64,000 nt of DNA, taken from contig OZ253470.1 in the NCBI GenBank assembly GCA_965261735.1, forward strand, positions 4,672,001-4,736,000. The letters run 5' to 3'. Both the position numbers and the translations under genes were made by a program. Below are positions 22,623 through 37,660 of the stretch, one piece after another (position 1 is the stretch's first letter; each line of letters opens with the position of its first letter). The DNA comes from Alphaproteobacteria bacterium. GTDB taxonomy: Bacteria > Pseudomonadota > Alphaproteobacteria > SHVV01. The notes beneath the pieces are model-generated. The model ran no database searches. It was not told where the DNA came from and saw only the letters and a list, made by a program, of their open reading frames with translations.

Positions 22623-23700
22623 CGGCACGGCCCACGAGCTCACCTCGCCGATCGAAGATCGCGACGCCCACATCGATGCCGCCGGCGAGCGTCGCCAGCG
22701 CCGTCTCGCGGGCGCACGCGGCGACGCGGTCGGCGAGGGGTAAGCCAGCAGCCCGTACGAGGGCCAGGATTTCGCCGGCGCTGGCGGCGCCCGCGATCGC
22801 GCGGACAATGCCCCCGGCACTCTCGGGATCGGCAGCCAGCGCCGCGAACCAGGCGGGATCGATGGCGCTCCGGTCCGAGTGAAGGTCGAGGTAGCCCATC
22901 CCGAGCTTGGCGATCTTGGCGAAGCCTCCCGCGATCGTGAGCCGCGGGATCGAGTGACGACGCAGATATTTGAGCGTGCCGCCGGCAAAATCGCCCATGT
23001 CGATCAACGCCTCCTCGGGTAGGCCAAGCAGGCGCTGGGCTGCCCTCTCAGACACAGATCCCGTGCACGCCGCGACATGTTCGATTCCGGCGGCCCGTGC
23101 GACATCGATCCCGCGATGGATCGAGTGTATCCACGATGCGCACGAGTAGGGGATGACGACCCCGGTCGTGCCGATGATGGACAATCCGCCCTTGATGCCC
23201 AGGCGGGCGTTGGTCGTTCGCTCGGCCAGCGTCGCGCCGCCCGGGATGGCGATTTCGACCTCGATGTCCGGCGCCGCGTCATGGCGAGCCGCTATGGCTG
23301 CGGCCGCGTCCCGCATCATGCGCCGCGGCGCCGGGTTGATGGCCGGCTCGCCGACCGCGAGTTCGAGGCCGGGCCGGGTAACGATGCCCACTCCCTCGCC
23401 CGCGCGGAACGTGGCGCCCGAGCCGGGCGCGCCCCGGCGCACGGTCGCTACGACAAGGCACCCGTGCGTGACGTCGGGGTCATCGCCCGCATCCTTGACG
23501 ACGGCGGCCATCGCCTCGTCCGGCGCGAGAGCCTCGCGCGCCAGGGCGAAGCTCGGCGCCTCGCCGCGGGGCAGGGTGATGGTGACGGGGTCGGGGAAGG
23601 CGCCGGTCAACAGAGCCTCGTAGGCGGCGCTGCTCGCCGCCGTGGCGCAGGCGCCCGTGGTCCAGCCGCGGCGCAGCGAGCCGCTCGGTTTTCGCACCAT
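22615..23700 (-). CDS. cbiD: Cobalt-precorrin-5B C1-methyltransferase CbiD
   Basis: LRRGWTTGACATAA, KDAGDDPDVTHG, GGLSIIGTTG. Confidence 0.95.
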   Translation of the reverse strand: MVRKPSGSLRRGWTTGACATAASSAAYEALLTGAFPDPVTITLPRGEAPSFALAREALAPDEAMAAVVKDAGDDPDVTHGCLVVATVRRGAPGSGATFRAGEGVGIVTRPGLELAVGEPAINPAPRRMMRDAAAAIAARHDAAPDIEVEIAIPGGATLAERTTNARLGIKGGLSIIGTTGVVIPYSCASWIHSIHRGIDVARAAGIEHVAACTGSVSERAAQRLLGLPEEALIDMGDFAGGTLKYLRRHSIPRLTIAGGFAKIAKLGMGYLDLHSDRSAIDPAWFAALAADPESAGGIVRAIAGAASAGEILALVRAAGLPLADRVAACARETALATLAGGIDVGVAIFDRRGELVGRADG

Positions 23701-23775
23701 GCGCGGAGTGTAGCGAGGCACGCGCGTCCGTGGCTAGCGGGCCCGGCGCCGCATGTGCGACAATCGTGGCCTGCC

Positions 23776-24573
23776 ATGGATCGGTTGATTCCCGACTTGC
23801 CGGAGTTCGCGCCGGGTTCGGTGTGGCTCGCGGGGGCGGGCCCCGGCGATCCTGGACTACTGACGGTGCACGCGCTCGCGGCGCTCGGAGCCGCCGAGGT
23901 GGTGATCTACGACGCGTTGGTGAGTAAGGGCATTCTCCGACTGGCGAACCCCGGGGCGGCGCTCGAGTTTGCGGGTAAACGCGGCGGGCGCCCGTCGGCT
24001 CACCAGGGCGATATCTCGGCCCGCCTCATAGAGCTTGCCCGACAGGACAAGCGGGTCTTGCGCCTCAAGGGCGGCGACCCGTTCATTTTCGGGCGCGGCG
24101 CCGAGGAGGCCGCGGCGCTGTCGGCGGCCGGCGTGCCCTTTCGCATCGTTCCGGGCATCTCGGCGGGTATCGGCGGCCTCGCCTACGCCGGTATCCCGCT
24201 CACCCACCGCGATACCAACGCCGCTGTCGCCTTTGTCACCGGGCACACCTCAGCCGGCCATGGGCCAGATCGTGTCGATTGGGCGGCTCTTGCCCGGGGC
24301 GCACCGGTTCTCGTCGTCTACATGCCGCTCCGCAACCTCGCCGCGATCGCCGACTCCCTCCTCGCGGCCGGGCGCGGTGGCGAGGAGCCCGTCGCCATCG
24401 TCTGCAACGCGAGCCTGCCGGACCAACTGGTGATAGAGACAACCCTTGGTGCCTGCGCCGAGGAGGCGGCCGCGCAGGGTGCGACGCCCCCGGCGCTCGT
24501 CGTTGTCGGCGAGGTCGTGGGGATGCGCGGGAGCCTGGATTGGTTCATCGCACCGGCGGCCGCGCACACCTGA
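23776..24573 (+). CDS. cobA: Uroporphyrinogen-III C-methyltransferase
   Basis: GAGPGDPGLLT, RLKGGDPFIFGRG, GIPLTHR. Confidence 0.94.
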   Translation: MDRLIPDLPEFAPGSVWLAGAGPGDPGLLTVHALAALGAAEVVIYDALVSKGILRLANPGAALEFAGKRGGRPSAHQGDISARLIELARQDKRVLRLKGGDPFIFGRGAEEAAALSAAGVPFRIVPGISAGIGGLAYAGIPLTHRDTNAAVAFVTGHTSAGHGPDRVDWAALARGAPVLVVYMPLRNLAAIADSLLAAGRGGEEPVAIVCNASLPDQLVIETTLGACAEEAAAQGATPPALVVVGEVVGMRGSLDWFIAPAAAHT

Positions 24574-25886
24574 TGGGGCAGAGCGCCCCAGCGTTCGTGA
24601 TCGGGGCGCCGGCGTCGGGGAGCGGTAAGACACTGCTTACGCTGGCGCTCCTGCGCCATTTCAGGAACGCCGGTCTGGCGGTGTCCTCGTTCAAGGTCGG
24701 CCCCGACTACGTCGATCCCACCTTCCACGCCGCGGCCAGCGGGCGCGCGTGCACCAACCTCGATCCCTGGGCGATGCGGCCCGAGACACTTCTCGCCCTC
24801 GCCGCGGCCGCCGGCGGCGGCGCCGACCTCCTCATCGGCGAGGGCGTCATGGGCCTGTTCGACGGTGCCCCGGACGGTACCGGGTCGACCGCCGACCTGG
24901 CGGTGCTCACCGGTTGGCCCGTGATCCTCGTCGTCGACGTGGGTGGCCAGGCGGCCTCGGCCGCGGCCGTGGTGCACGGCTTTGCCAGCTACCGTCCCGA
25001 TGTCGGCATCGCCGGTGTGGTCTTCAATCGTGTCGGCGGGTCGGGCCACGTCGAGACCCTGCGCGAAGCCTGCGCGGGGCTCGGGATTCCGGTGCTCGGC
25101 GCCATCCCCACGGCCCCCGAGGCGGAGTTGCCCGAGCGCCACCTCGGGCTGGTGCCGGCACACGAACACGGCCAACTCGACGGCATTCTCGACGGGGCGG
25201 CGCGCCTCGTCGGGCGCTACGTCGATACCGCGGCCGTGCGTGCGCTCGCCCGCCCCGCCGAGTTTGCGCCGGGGCCCCGCGACGCCCCACTGCCAGCGCT
25301 CGGCCGGCGCATCGCGGTGGCGCGGGACGCGGCCTTTGCGTTCTCCTATCCGTTCGTTCTCGAGGGCTGGCGCCGCGCAGGTGCCGAGATCATGACGTTT
25401 TCGCCGCTTGACGACGAGGCGCCTGACGCGGCGGCCGACGCCGTCTACCTCCCGGGCGGTTATCCCGAGCTTCACGCGCCGCGCCTCGCGGCGAACGCCG
25501 GCTTCCTAGGCGGCCTGCGGGCGGCCGCCGCGCGCGGGGCGACGGTGTATGGCGAGTGCGGCGGCTACATGGTCCTGGGCGAAGTCCTGATCGATGCAGG
25601 AGGGGTGCGCCACGCCATGGCAGGCTTGCTCGCGCTCGAGACGTCGTTTGCCGAGCGCAGGCTCCACCTCGGCTATCGCCAGGCACGGCTCACGGATGCG
25701 AGCGCGCTAGGTGTCGCCGGCGCCGCCTTTCGCGGCCACGAGTTCCACTATGCGGCGGTGGTCCGCGAACGCCCCGCGGCGCCCCTCTTCCAGTGCCGCG
25801 ACGCACGCGGCCGCGAGACCGGTGCGACCGGCGCCCGCCGTGCCAACGTGATGGGCTCGTTCATCCACCTGATCGACCGCGCCTAG
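24573..25886 (+). CDS. cobB: Hydrogenobyrinate/cobyrinate a,c-diamide synthase (CobB/CbiA)
   Basis: SGSGKT, KVGPDYVDP, EGVMGLFDG, YGECGGYM, GHEFHY. Confidence 0.95.
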   Translation: MGQSAPAFVIGAPASGSGKTLLTLALLRHFRNAGLAVSSFKVGPDYVDPTFHAAASGRACTNLDPWAMRPETLLALAAAAGGGADLLIGEGVMGLFDGAPDGTGSTADLAVLTGWPVILVVDVGGQAASAAAVVHGFASYRPDVGIAGVVFNRVGGSGHVETLREACAGLGIPVLGAIPTAPEAELPERHLGLVPAHEHGQLDGILDGAARLVGRYVDTAAVRALARPAEFAPGPRDAPLPALGRRIAVARDAAFAFSYPFVLEGWRRAGAEIMTFSPLDDEAPDAAADAVYLPGGYPELHAPRLAANAGFLGGLRAAAARGATVYGECGGYMVLGEVLIDAGGVRHAMAGLLALETSFAERRLHLGYRQARLTDASALGVAGAAFRGHEFHYAAVVRERPAAPLFQCRDARGRETGATGARRANVMGSFIHLIDRA

Positions 25887-25895
25887 GCGCGTTGA

Positions 25896-26576
25896 TCAGG
25901 TGGCGGCAAGCCGGCGGTAGGCGAAGCCTGCGACTCCGCCCACGGTAAGCCAGAACAGGAGATTGGTCACAAGGGTCGCCGATACGAACGCGGCCGCCAG
26001 CTCGGCCGGCACCAAGCCCGCCCAGGCCTCGGGGTGCGGCGCGCCGATGACATGCGGCAGGATGAGGAGCCCAGCGCCGAGCGCCTTGAACGCGGCGTGG
26101 CGGGCGAATACGAGGAGTGTGAGCCCGGCGGCGCTGGCGCTGACGGTGCCGAGCCACCAGATCTGCCGCGCGGCTACATCGCCGGCGGCCATGCCGGGAA
26201 GTTCCGGCGGCAGGCCGAGGGCGGGCGCGAGATGAAACGCGAGGAAGCCGCCCAGCCCCCACAGGAGCCCGCGCCGCCAGTCGACGCCGCCATAGAGCGC
26301 AAACGCGGCGACCAGCAGAAACGCGAACCCGACGCCGAGGAGGACGTTAGCGAGCACGGTATAGGCGATGCGCTCTGCGCCCTCCGCGGGCGCCCATTCC
26401 TCGTCGTCAGCGGCGTGGTCGTGGTCTTCGCTCGCGCTGCTCGCCGAGGGCGCCGCAACCTCGTAGCGCTCGGCCTCGATGATCAGCGGCGTTACCCTGG
26501 TCGCCTGCAGGGCGCTGACCAGAAGGCCACCGACGAGGCCCGCGAGCAGCGCCGAGAATACGATCTCGCGCAGCAT
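25896..26576 (-). CDS. cbtA: Cobalt transporter subunit CbtA
   Basis: TPLIIEAERYE, EWAP, APALGLPPELPG, RQIWW. Confidence 0.92.
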   Translation of the reverse strand: MLREIVFSALLAGLVGGLLVSALQATRVTPLIIEAERYEVAAPSASSASEDHDHAADDEEWAPAEGAERIAYTVLANVLLGVGFAFLLVAAFALYGGVDWRRGLLWGLGGFLAFHLAPALGLPPELPGMAAGDVAARQIWWLGTVSASAAGLTLLVFARHAAFKALGAGLLILPHVIGAPHPEAWAGLVPAELAAAFVSATLVTNLLFWLTVGGVAGFAYRRLAAT

Positions 26577-26579
26577 AGC

Positions 26580-26750
26580 TCAGTGGCAGGGAAAGCCGAG
26601 GGCGTGCCGTGAATCGTGCGCAGCGTTGTGGAGCGTCGCCGAGTTGGCGATGCCGGCACCGTAGATCAGCAGCGCGCCAAAAAGGATCGCCGCGACGATC
26701 GATCCGACCCTCATCCATGGCGTCGCGCTTAGCGCTTTTGTCGTGGCCAT
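26580..26750 (-). CDS. cbtB: Cobalt transporter subunit CbtB
   Basis: Single TM followed by HNAAHDSRHALGFPCH. Confidence 0.92.
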   Translation of the reverse strand: MATTKALSATPWMRVGSIVAAILFGALLIYGAGIANSATLHNAAHDSRHALGFPCH

Positions 26751-26818
26751 CCGCCGATCACCCTTGTTGATTTGACCGCCGCCGAATCTTAGCGCCAGCC
26801 CATCTGGGGAGCAAGCCG

Positions 26819-27607
26819 TCAAGCGCCGGCCGCGGACGCGAGGCCGGCGAGAAACAGCGCTTCGGCGGCCTGTTGGCCGGCGCCGAGCACATCGCCGGTC
26901 TGTCCGCCGAGATGGCGACGGGCGAGGGCACTGACGGCGGCGGCGGCGAGGGCCGCGACGACGACGCCAGCCACGAGGGCGCCGAAATCGAGCCAGAGCA
27001 GCGCCGCCGCGGCGATCGCCGTTGCGGCGATGGCGCGGGTACGCTCAGGCCGTCCCGCCTGGGCGCCGAGCCCATCGGCGCGGGCAGGCGCCAGGCCATG
27101 CATCATCCACACGACGGCGGCACGCGAAACGGCGCCCGCGGCAATGAGCACGCCGACCACCGCCGCCGGCTCGGCCACGGCGGCGATGGCGGCGATGCGC
27201 GCCGCGAGACCAAGCACGAGGGCGATAACGCCATAGGTGCCGATACGGGCGTCGCGCATGATCGCGAGCTTGCGCCGGCGCGTTGGCCCGCCGAGCGCGT
27301 CCGCGAAGTCGCCGAGGCCGTCCTCGTGGAGCGCCCCCGTGGCCCAAATCTGGGCTCCGACCGCGGCAATGGCGGCGAGCGGCGCGGGTGCGCCGAGCAC
27401 GTGCGCGAGGCCAAAGGCGCCGGCGCCGAGGAGGCCCACGCCCATGCCCACGAGAGGAAAAGACCAGGCGGCCGCGGCCAACCGACCGGCGGCCGGCGGG
27501 GCAACGCCAAGCGATAGCCGGGTGAGAAAGCTCGCGGCAACGCGCACATCCTCGGCCCAGCCGTCGCCGGTGGAGTCGGGCCCGTGCTCTTCGTTCTTTG
27601 TCGTCAT
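26819..27607 (-). CDS. cobS: Cobalamin synthase (CobS in enteric, CobV in Pseudomonas nomenclature)
   Basis: FLTRL, TGALHEDGLGDFAD, IMRDARIGTYG, GGQTGDVLGA. Confidence 0.93.
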   Translation of the reverse strand: MTTKNEEHGPDSTGDGWAEDVRVAASFLTRLSLGVAPPAAGRLAAAAWSFPLVGMGVGLLGAGAFGLAHVLGAPAPLAAIAAVGAQIWATGALHEDGLGDFADALGGPTRRRKLAIMRDARIGTYGVIALVLGLAARIAAIAAVAEPAAVVGVLIAAGAVSRAAVVWMMHGLAPARADGLGAQAGRPERTRAIAATAIAAAALLWLDFGALVAGVVVAALAAAAVSALARRHLGGQTGDVLGAGQQAAEALFLAGLASAAGA

Positions 27608-27678
27608 CGCGGGGTCTGCCCGAATGCGCAGGGCGCGCTGTATGATGCCGGCCATTGGGGCTCAGCTAGGGGGAAAGC

Positions 27679-28704
27679 GTGGCGCTCGCGAAGCCGGTAA
27701 ATGGCGAGGACATTCGCGCTCTCGTGGCGGCCCTGCCGGGTCCCGACACGGCGAGCGCACGCGCCGTCGAGCGTCGCGATGCGATGCTCACCAAACCCGC
27801 GGGCGCGCTCGGCCGCCTCGAGGAGATCGCCGTGTGGCTCGCGGCCTGGCAGCGCCGCCATCCGCCGGCCGTCGAGCGCGTGAAGGTGCTCGTCTTCGCT
27901 GGGAATCATGGCGTCGCCGCGCGCGGCGTGTCGGCCTACCCGGCCGCCGTCACCGCGCAGATGGTGGCGAACTTCGACGCCGGGGGTGCGGCCGTCAATC
28001 AGCTCGTTGGCGCCGTCGGCGCCGAGCTTGCGGTGCACGCGCTGTCGCTCGAGCACCCGACCGCCGACATCACGACGGCGCCGGCGATGAGCGACACCGA
28101 GTGCGCCGCGGCCGTGGCGTTCGGCATGGAACAGGTGGAGGCGGACATCGACCTGCTGTGCGTCGGCGAGATGGGCATCGGCAATACCACCGTGGCCAGC
28201 GCGCTGTGCCACGCCCTCCATGGCGGCGCGGCGGCCGACTGGGTGGGGTCGGGGAGCGGCATCGACGATGCCGGCCTCGAGCGCAAGCTCGGTGCCGTCG
28301 AGGCGGCGATCGCGACGCACCGTACCACGCTCTCCGACCCGGTGGCCGTCCTCGCGCGCCTGGGCGGGCGCGAGCTCGCGGCGATTGCGGGCGCTGTCAT
28401 TGCAGCGCGCCTCGAAGGCGTACCGGTGCTGCTCGACGGCTTCGTCGCGACCGCGGCGGTGGCGCCGCTTGCGGCCCTCAATCCGTCGGCCCTGGATCAT
28501 TGCCTGGCCGCGCATCGCTCGGCCGAGGCCGCGCACGGCCGGCTGCTCGACGCGCTCGGCAAGCAGCCGCTTCTCGATCTCGGCATGCGCCTCGGCGAGG
28601 CTTCGGGTGCTGCCCTGGCGGCATCGATCGTCAAGGCGGCGGCGGCGGTGCACGGCGGCATGGCGACGTTTGGGCAGGCCGGGGTGAGCGAGCGCTCGCG
28701 CTAG
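27679..28704 (+). CDS. cobT: Nicotinate-nucleotide:dimethylbenzimidazole phosphoribosyltransferase
   Basis: LTKPAGALGRLE, GEMGIGNTT, LGMRLGEASGA, MATF. Confidence 0.95.
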   Translation: MALAKPVNGEDIRALVAALPGPDTASARAVERRDAMLTKPAGALGRLEEIAVWLAAWQRRHPPAVERVKVLVFAGNHGVAARGVSAYPAAVTAQMVANFDAGGAAVNQLVGAVGAELAVHALSLEHPTADITTAPAMSDTECAAAVAFGMEQVEADIDLLCVGEMGIGNTTVASALCHALHGGAAADWVGSGSGIDDAGLERKLGAVEAAIATHRTTLSDPVAVLARLGGRELAAIAGAVIAARLEGVPVLLDGFVATAAVAPLAALNPSALDHCLAAHRSAEAAHGRLLDALGKQPLLDLGMRLGEASGAALAASIVKAAAAVHGGMATFGQAGVSERSR

Positions 28705-29786
28705 GCCGATACCGCGGCGGGCGCGAGCGCCTCGCGAAGCGCGGCGTCGAGGCGGCTGAGGGCGCGTCCGTCGGGGGGGAGACCGATGCGCAGCCAATCC
28801 GGCCGTTGCGCGAAGTGCCGGATCAGGATCCCACGTTGCGCGAGCCGCGCGTGTAGCGCCGGGGCCGCCGGCGTGGCGACCAGCCGGAACAGCGTCGTGC
28901 CGCCGACCACGTCAAGTCCGTGCCCTGCCAGCACCGCATCGAGCGCGACCGCCTCGCGCGCGAGCCGGCGCCGCATGGTGTGCGCCCATTCGCGATCGGC
29001 CAGGGCGATACGGCCGATTTCGAGCGCCGGGCCGGCAACGGCCCAGGGTCCGAGCCGGCTTCGTAGACGGCCGGCCAGGGTAGCGTCGGTCAGCGCGAAG
29101 CCGAGCCGCACACCCGCGAGGCCGTAGAACTTGCCGAACGAGCGCAGGACGATCAGCCCCGGGGATCCCGCCTCGGCCGCAAAGGTAAGCTCGGGCGCCG
29201 TGTCGGCAAAGGCCTCGTCGACCACGAGCCAGCCGCTCCGCGCCGCCAGATCCGACCGTAGGGCGCCAAGATCCGCCGGCGGCACGCCACGGCCATCAGG
29301 ATTGTTGGGGTTTGCCAGGACGGCCACGTCGGCTCGCGCCAAATCCGCGAGCGATGCCACCTCTTCGACCTCGTGGCCGGCTTCGCGCCAACAGCGCGCG
29401 TACTCGCCGTAGGTTGGCCCGAGGACAGCGACGCGGCCGGGCACGCGCAGGTGGGGCAGCCACTGGATCAGAGCCTGGCTCCCGGCGGCGGCGACCACCT
29501 CGGCCTCTTGTAAAACGCCGTAGCGGCGACGTGCCTCATCGAGAAGCACGGCCTCGTCGTCGCGCTGAGGTAAGCGGGTCCAGCACCGCGGAGGGAGTTC
29601 GGGTACCGGGTAGGGGTGCGGGTTGATGCCCGTGGACAGATCGAGCCAGCCACCCGCGGGCCCACCGTACAAGGCCGCCGCGCCCGCGAGATCGCCGCCG
29701 TGGGCCAAGGGTTGGGGCGGCACCGGGCTGCTGCCCCGTGGGCCGGCGTCGCGCGCCCACGGCGCGGGCGGAGGGGCGCGGCTCAT
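28701..29786 (-). CDS. cobC: Threonine-phosphate decarboxylase (CobC; CobD in Salmonella nomenclature)
   Basis: [39 protein letters not shown]. Confidence 0.92.
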   Translation of the reverse strand: MSRAPPPAPWARDAGPRGSSPVPPQPLAHGGDLAGAAALYGGPAGGWLDLSTGINPHPYPVPELPPRCWTRLPQRDDEAVLLDEARRRYGVLQEAEVVAAAGSQALIQWLPHLRVPGRVAVLGPTYGEYARCWREAGHEVEEVASLADLARADVAVLANPNNPDGRGVPPADLGALRSDLAARSGWLVVDEAFADTAPELTFAAEAGSPGLIVLRSFGKFYGLAGVRLGFALTDATLAGRLRSRLGPWAVAGPALEIGRIALADREWAHTMRRRLAREAVALDAVLAGHGLDVVGGTTLFRLVATPAAPALHARLAQRGILIRHFAQRPDWLRIGLPPDGRALSRLDAALREALAPAAVSA

Positions 29787-31234
29787 CGCGGAAGGTTGGT
29801 CTCGCCCATAAGGAAGGCATCGACCGCGCGCGCGGCCTGCCGGCCCTCGCGAATGGCCCACACGACCAGCGACTGGCCGCGCCGCATGTCGCCGGCCGCG
29901 AAGACCTTGGCGATCGAGGTCTGGTAGGCGTCGGTGTCGGCTTCGACATTGCCGCGCCTGTCCAGCGCCACGCCGAGCTCGCTCAGCATGCCCTCGTGGA
30001 CGGGATGCACGAATCCCATCGCGAGCAGCACGAGGTCGGCGCGAATTTCGAAGTCGGTACCGGGCTGTTCGACCATGTTCATGCGTCCGTCATTGCCGGC
30101 CTGCCAGTCGACGTGCACGCAATGCAGTGCCTTGACCTCTCCGTTCTCCCCCTTGAAGGCCTTGGTGGTGACGCTGTAATCGCGCTCGACGCCCTCTTCC
30201 TGCGAGGACGAGGTGCGATATTTGAGCGGCCAGTGAGGCCATGTCAGGGCTTTGTTTTCCTCGTCCGGCGGGGTCGGCAGTATCTCGAGCTGAACGATTT
30301 GTTCGGCACGCTGGCGGTTCGCCGTGCCGATGCAGTCCGATCCGGTGTCACCGCCGCCGATGACGACGACGTGCTTTCCCTCGGCCAGGATGGTGTCTTC
30401 CGTGCCCGGCGCCGGCGCGTCGTCGCCGGCGACCCGCCGGTTCTGCTCGACGAGGTATCTCATGGCCTGATGGATGCCAGAGAGCTCGCGCCCGGGAATC
30501 GGCAGGTCGCGCGCATCCTCGGCGCCACCGGCAAGGACGACGGCATCGAAGTCATCGACGAGCTGCGCCGCCGGAACGTCGGTGCCGACATGCACGCCGG
30601 CGCGGAATTCCACGCCCTCGGCCGCCATCTGCTCCATGCGTCGGTCGATCGCCTGCTTCTCGAACTTGAAGTCGGGAATGCCGTAGCGCATGAGACCGCC
30701 GATCCGATCCTGCTTCTCGAACAGGGTCACCGCGTGGCCGGCGCGCCCGAGCTGTTGGGCGCAGGCCATGCCGGCCGGACCCGAGCCGACGATGGCGACG
30801 CGCTTGCCCGTCATTCGGGCAGCGGGCAGCGGCGTCACCCAGCCTTCCGCGAACCCGCGGTCGATAATGGCGCACTCGATCGTCTTGATGGTGACCGGGT
30901 CGTCGTTGATGTTGAGGGTGCAGGCGGCTTCGCACGGAGCGGGGCAGATGCGCCCTGTGAACTCCGGGAAGTTGTTGGTCGAATGCAGAACCTCGAGCGC
31001 GTCGCGCCAGCGATCGCGGTAAACGAGATCGTTCCAGTTGGGGATGATGTTGTTGACGGGGCAGCCGGTGTGGCAGAAGGGAATGCCGCAGTCCATGCAC
31101 CGCGCGCCCTGAGTGCGTAGCTCGTCCGGGGACAGCGGCGTGTAGAACTCGCGCCAATGCTTGAGGCGCTCGTCGACCGGCCGCGACGGACGATCGCTGC
31201 GTCCGAATTCCAGGAATCCGGTGACCTTGCCCAT
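29783..31234 (-). CDS. gltD: Glutamate synthase small subunit
   Basis: [38 protein letters not shown]. Confidence 0.97.
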   Translation of the reverse strand: MGKVTGFLEFGRSDRPSRPVDERLKHWREFYTPLSPDELRTQGARCMDCGIPFCHTGCPVNNIIPNWNDLVYRDRWRDALEVLHSTNNFPEFTGRICPAPCEAACTLNINDDPVTIKTIECAIIDRGFAEGWVTPLPAARMTGKRVAIVGSGPAGMACAQQLGRAGHAVTLFEKQDRIGGLMRYGIPDFKFEKQAIDRRMEQMAAEGVEFRAGVHVGTDVPAAQLVDDFDAVVLAGGAEDARDLPIPGRELSGIHQAMRYLVEQNRRVAGDDAPAPGTEDTILAEGKHVVVIGGGDTGSDCIGTANRQRAEQIVQLEILPTPPDEENKALTWPHWPLKYRTSSSQEEGVERDYSVTTKAFKGENGEVKALHCVHVDWQAGNDGRMNMVEQPGTDFEIRADLVLLAMGFVHPVHEGMLSELGVALDRRGNVEADTDAYQTSIAKVFAAGDMRRGQSLVVWAIREGRQAARAVDAFLMGETNLPR

Positions 31235-31245
31235 GGAGGTCGCGG

Positions 31246-35847
<4,602 letters not shown>

Positions 35848-36202
35848 GGTCACGCGTTCCTCTTGGCCCTGAACCACACTCAACAGCGGGCATAGCGGTA
35901 ACGAATGGCCCGCACGGCGCTTGCTCCGGCCAACCTACCATAATGCCCGATTCGCACCGAATCGTGAACCGTTTGGCGGCGTACCGCCGGTAGTGGAAGG
36001 CCCCCTCGACCGCACCGCAACCGGTAGGCTGCGGGTGTTGGCGTCATTATAGGAGGGTGCGCGCGGCCAATGAACAGGGAAAGCGCCGCCCGCCGCCCGA
36101 TGCCGGCATCACCCCTGAGAGCCGCGAATGAGCCTGAAATGGACAGGCAGCGCGCCGAGGACGTAATCTTGCGGCTCACCAGGCGCTGCAAGGGAGATGG
36201 GC

Positions 36203-36604
36203 ATGGCACGGCTTCGGCATATCGCGATCGTCGTTAGCGACAAGGAGAAAGCGGCCCAGTTCTACGAGCGCGTGTTCGAGATGAAGCGGGTTGGCGAAGA
36301 GGACGTGGGCGGCGGCAGCGCCATCTACCTGTCCGACGGCGTCATCAACCTAGCGCTCCTCAACTACAGATCCGACAAGATGGCCGGCATCAAGGACGCC
36401 AAGAACTTCATCGGCACCCACCATTTCGGCTTTCAGGTGGACGATCTCGCGGACTCGCAGGCGAAGATCGAGGCGGCTGGCGGCAGTTTCCACTTCGATC
36501 TCGGCGAAGACGACGAGAAGGTCAACTTCGAGAAGAAGTTTCGCGACCCCGACGGCATCATTTTCGATATTTCGAAGAGCGGCTGGGTCGGCACCGACGG
36601 CTGA
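36203..36604 (+). CDS. VOC/glyoxalase family protein
   Basis: LRHIAIVV, HHFGFQVDDL, DPDGIIFDIS. Confidence 0.85.
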   Translation: MARLRHIAIVVSDKEKAAQFYERVFEMKRVGEEDVGGGSAIYLSDGVINLALLNYRSDKMAGIKDAKNFIGTHHFGFQVDDLADSQAKIEAAGGSFHFDLGEDDEKVNFEKKFRDPDGIIFDISKSGWVGTDG

Positions 36605-36669
36605 AAGCGGACCACGACGATCCGACGCGGCCGCCCCCGGCCGGCGCGCCACCTACCTGCGGGTCGGTC

Positions 36670-37536
36670 TCAGAAGACCGACTTCTCGCTCTTCAGGAAG
36701 TGCCACGGTATCACCCACCGCTCGATAAACGTGACCGCGAGGAACAGCGTCACCGCGATCGTCGCGAGATAGAAGATCGCGGCGAAGGTCTCGGCGGTCT
36801 TGAACGCCGCGTTGGCGGCGATGATGACCGGACCCAGCCCCTCGTGGGCGCCCACCCATTCGCCGACGATGGCGCCGATGGGAGCGATCGTCGCGGAGAT
36901 CTTGAGGCCGGTGAAAATGTAGGGGGCCGAGCCGGGGAAGCGAACCTTCCAGAAGATTTGCCATTTGCTCGCGCCGAGCGAATCCATGAGGCTGATGGTG
37001 TCGCGATCGATCGAGACGAGGCCGGCGAAGACGTTCACGAACACCGGGAAGAAGACGATGATCGCCGCAACGATCACCTTGGGCGCCATGCCGAATCCGA
37101 ACCAGATAATCAGAATCGGTGCGATCGCAATGGTCGGGATGGCTTGTGTGCTGATGATCAGCGGCAGGATGGCCTGGCGCAGCGTGCGCGAGTGAAATAC
37201 GGCGGTGCCGAGAACGAATCCGATTCCGGCGCCGTAGCTGAAGCCAAGGATGATTTCCTGCAGTGTCACCCAGGCGTTGGGCAAGAACTTGTCGAGCGCG
37301 CGGTCATAGGCCGCGTACAGGATCTGATGAAGGGGCGGCAATATGTAGTCCGGCTGGTTGAACCAAACGTTGAAGTTTTCCCAGACGAAAACGATCAGCG
37401 CGACGGCGATCATCGCGGGTACAGCTGAACGCAGCCGCTCGGCGAGCGGTCTGCGCGGCGGGCCGCTGCGCGCCGGCGGGCCGGCCGGGCCTGCCGCCGT
37501 CTCTATTTCGCGGTCCAATCGCGCAGTCTGCGTCAT
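36670..37536 (-). CDS. NitT/TauT-type ABC permease (ThiX/SsuC-like)
   Basis: QAIPTIAIAP, WFGFG, FFPV, GAIVGEW. Confidence 0.9.
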   Translation of the reverse strand: MTQTARLDREIETAAGPAGPPARSGPPRRPLAERLRSAVPAMIAVALIVFVWENFNVWFNQPDYILPPLHQILYAAYDRALDKFLPNAWVTLQEIILGFSYGAGIGFVLGTAVFHSRTLRQAILPLIISTQAIPTIAIAPILIIWFGFGMAPKVIVAAIIVFFPVFVNVFAGLVSIDRDTISLMDSLGASKWQIFWKVRFPGSAPYIFTGLKISATIAPIGAIVGEWVGAHEGLGPVIIAANAAFKTAETFAAIFYLATIAVTLFLAVTFIERWVIPWHFLKSEKSVF

Positions 37537-37660
37537 TCGTCCGCCACCCTACGGCGCCCGATCAAGGCGTCAACATGGCCGTCGCGCCGCCGCCGCCCCG
37601 GGGAGGACGATTGCCGACCCTGAGGGGAGCGAGCCCACGAAGGTTGAGCGCGCGGCCACC

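Noticed and set aside
36070-36237. Possible 55-aa ORF and GAGCCGC/GCGGCTC inverted repeat upstream of the VOC gene
   Set aside because: No recognisable motif, it overlaps the VOC start, and the short GC-rich repeat can arise by chance
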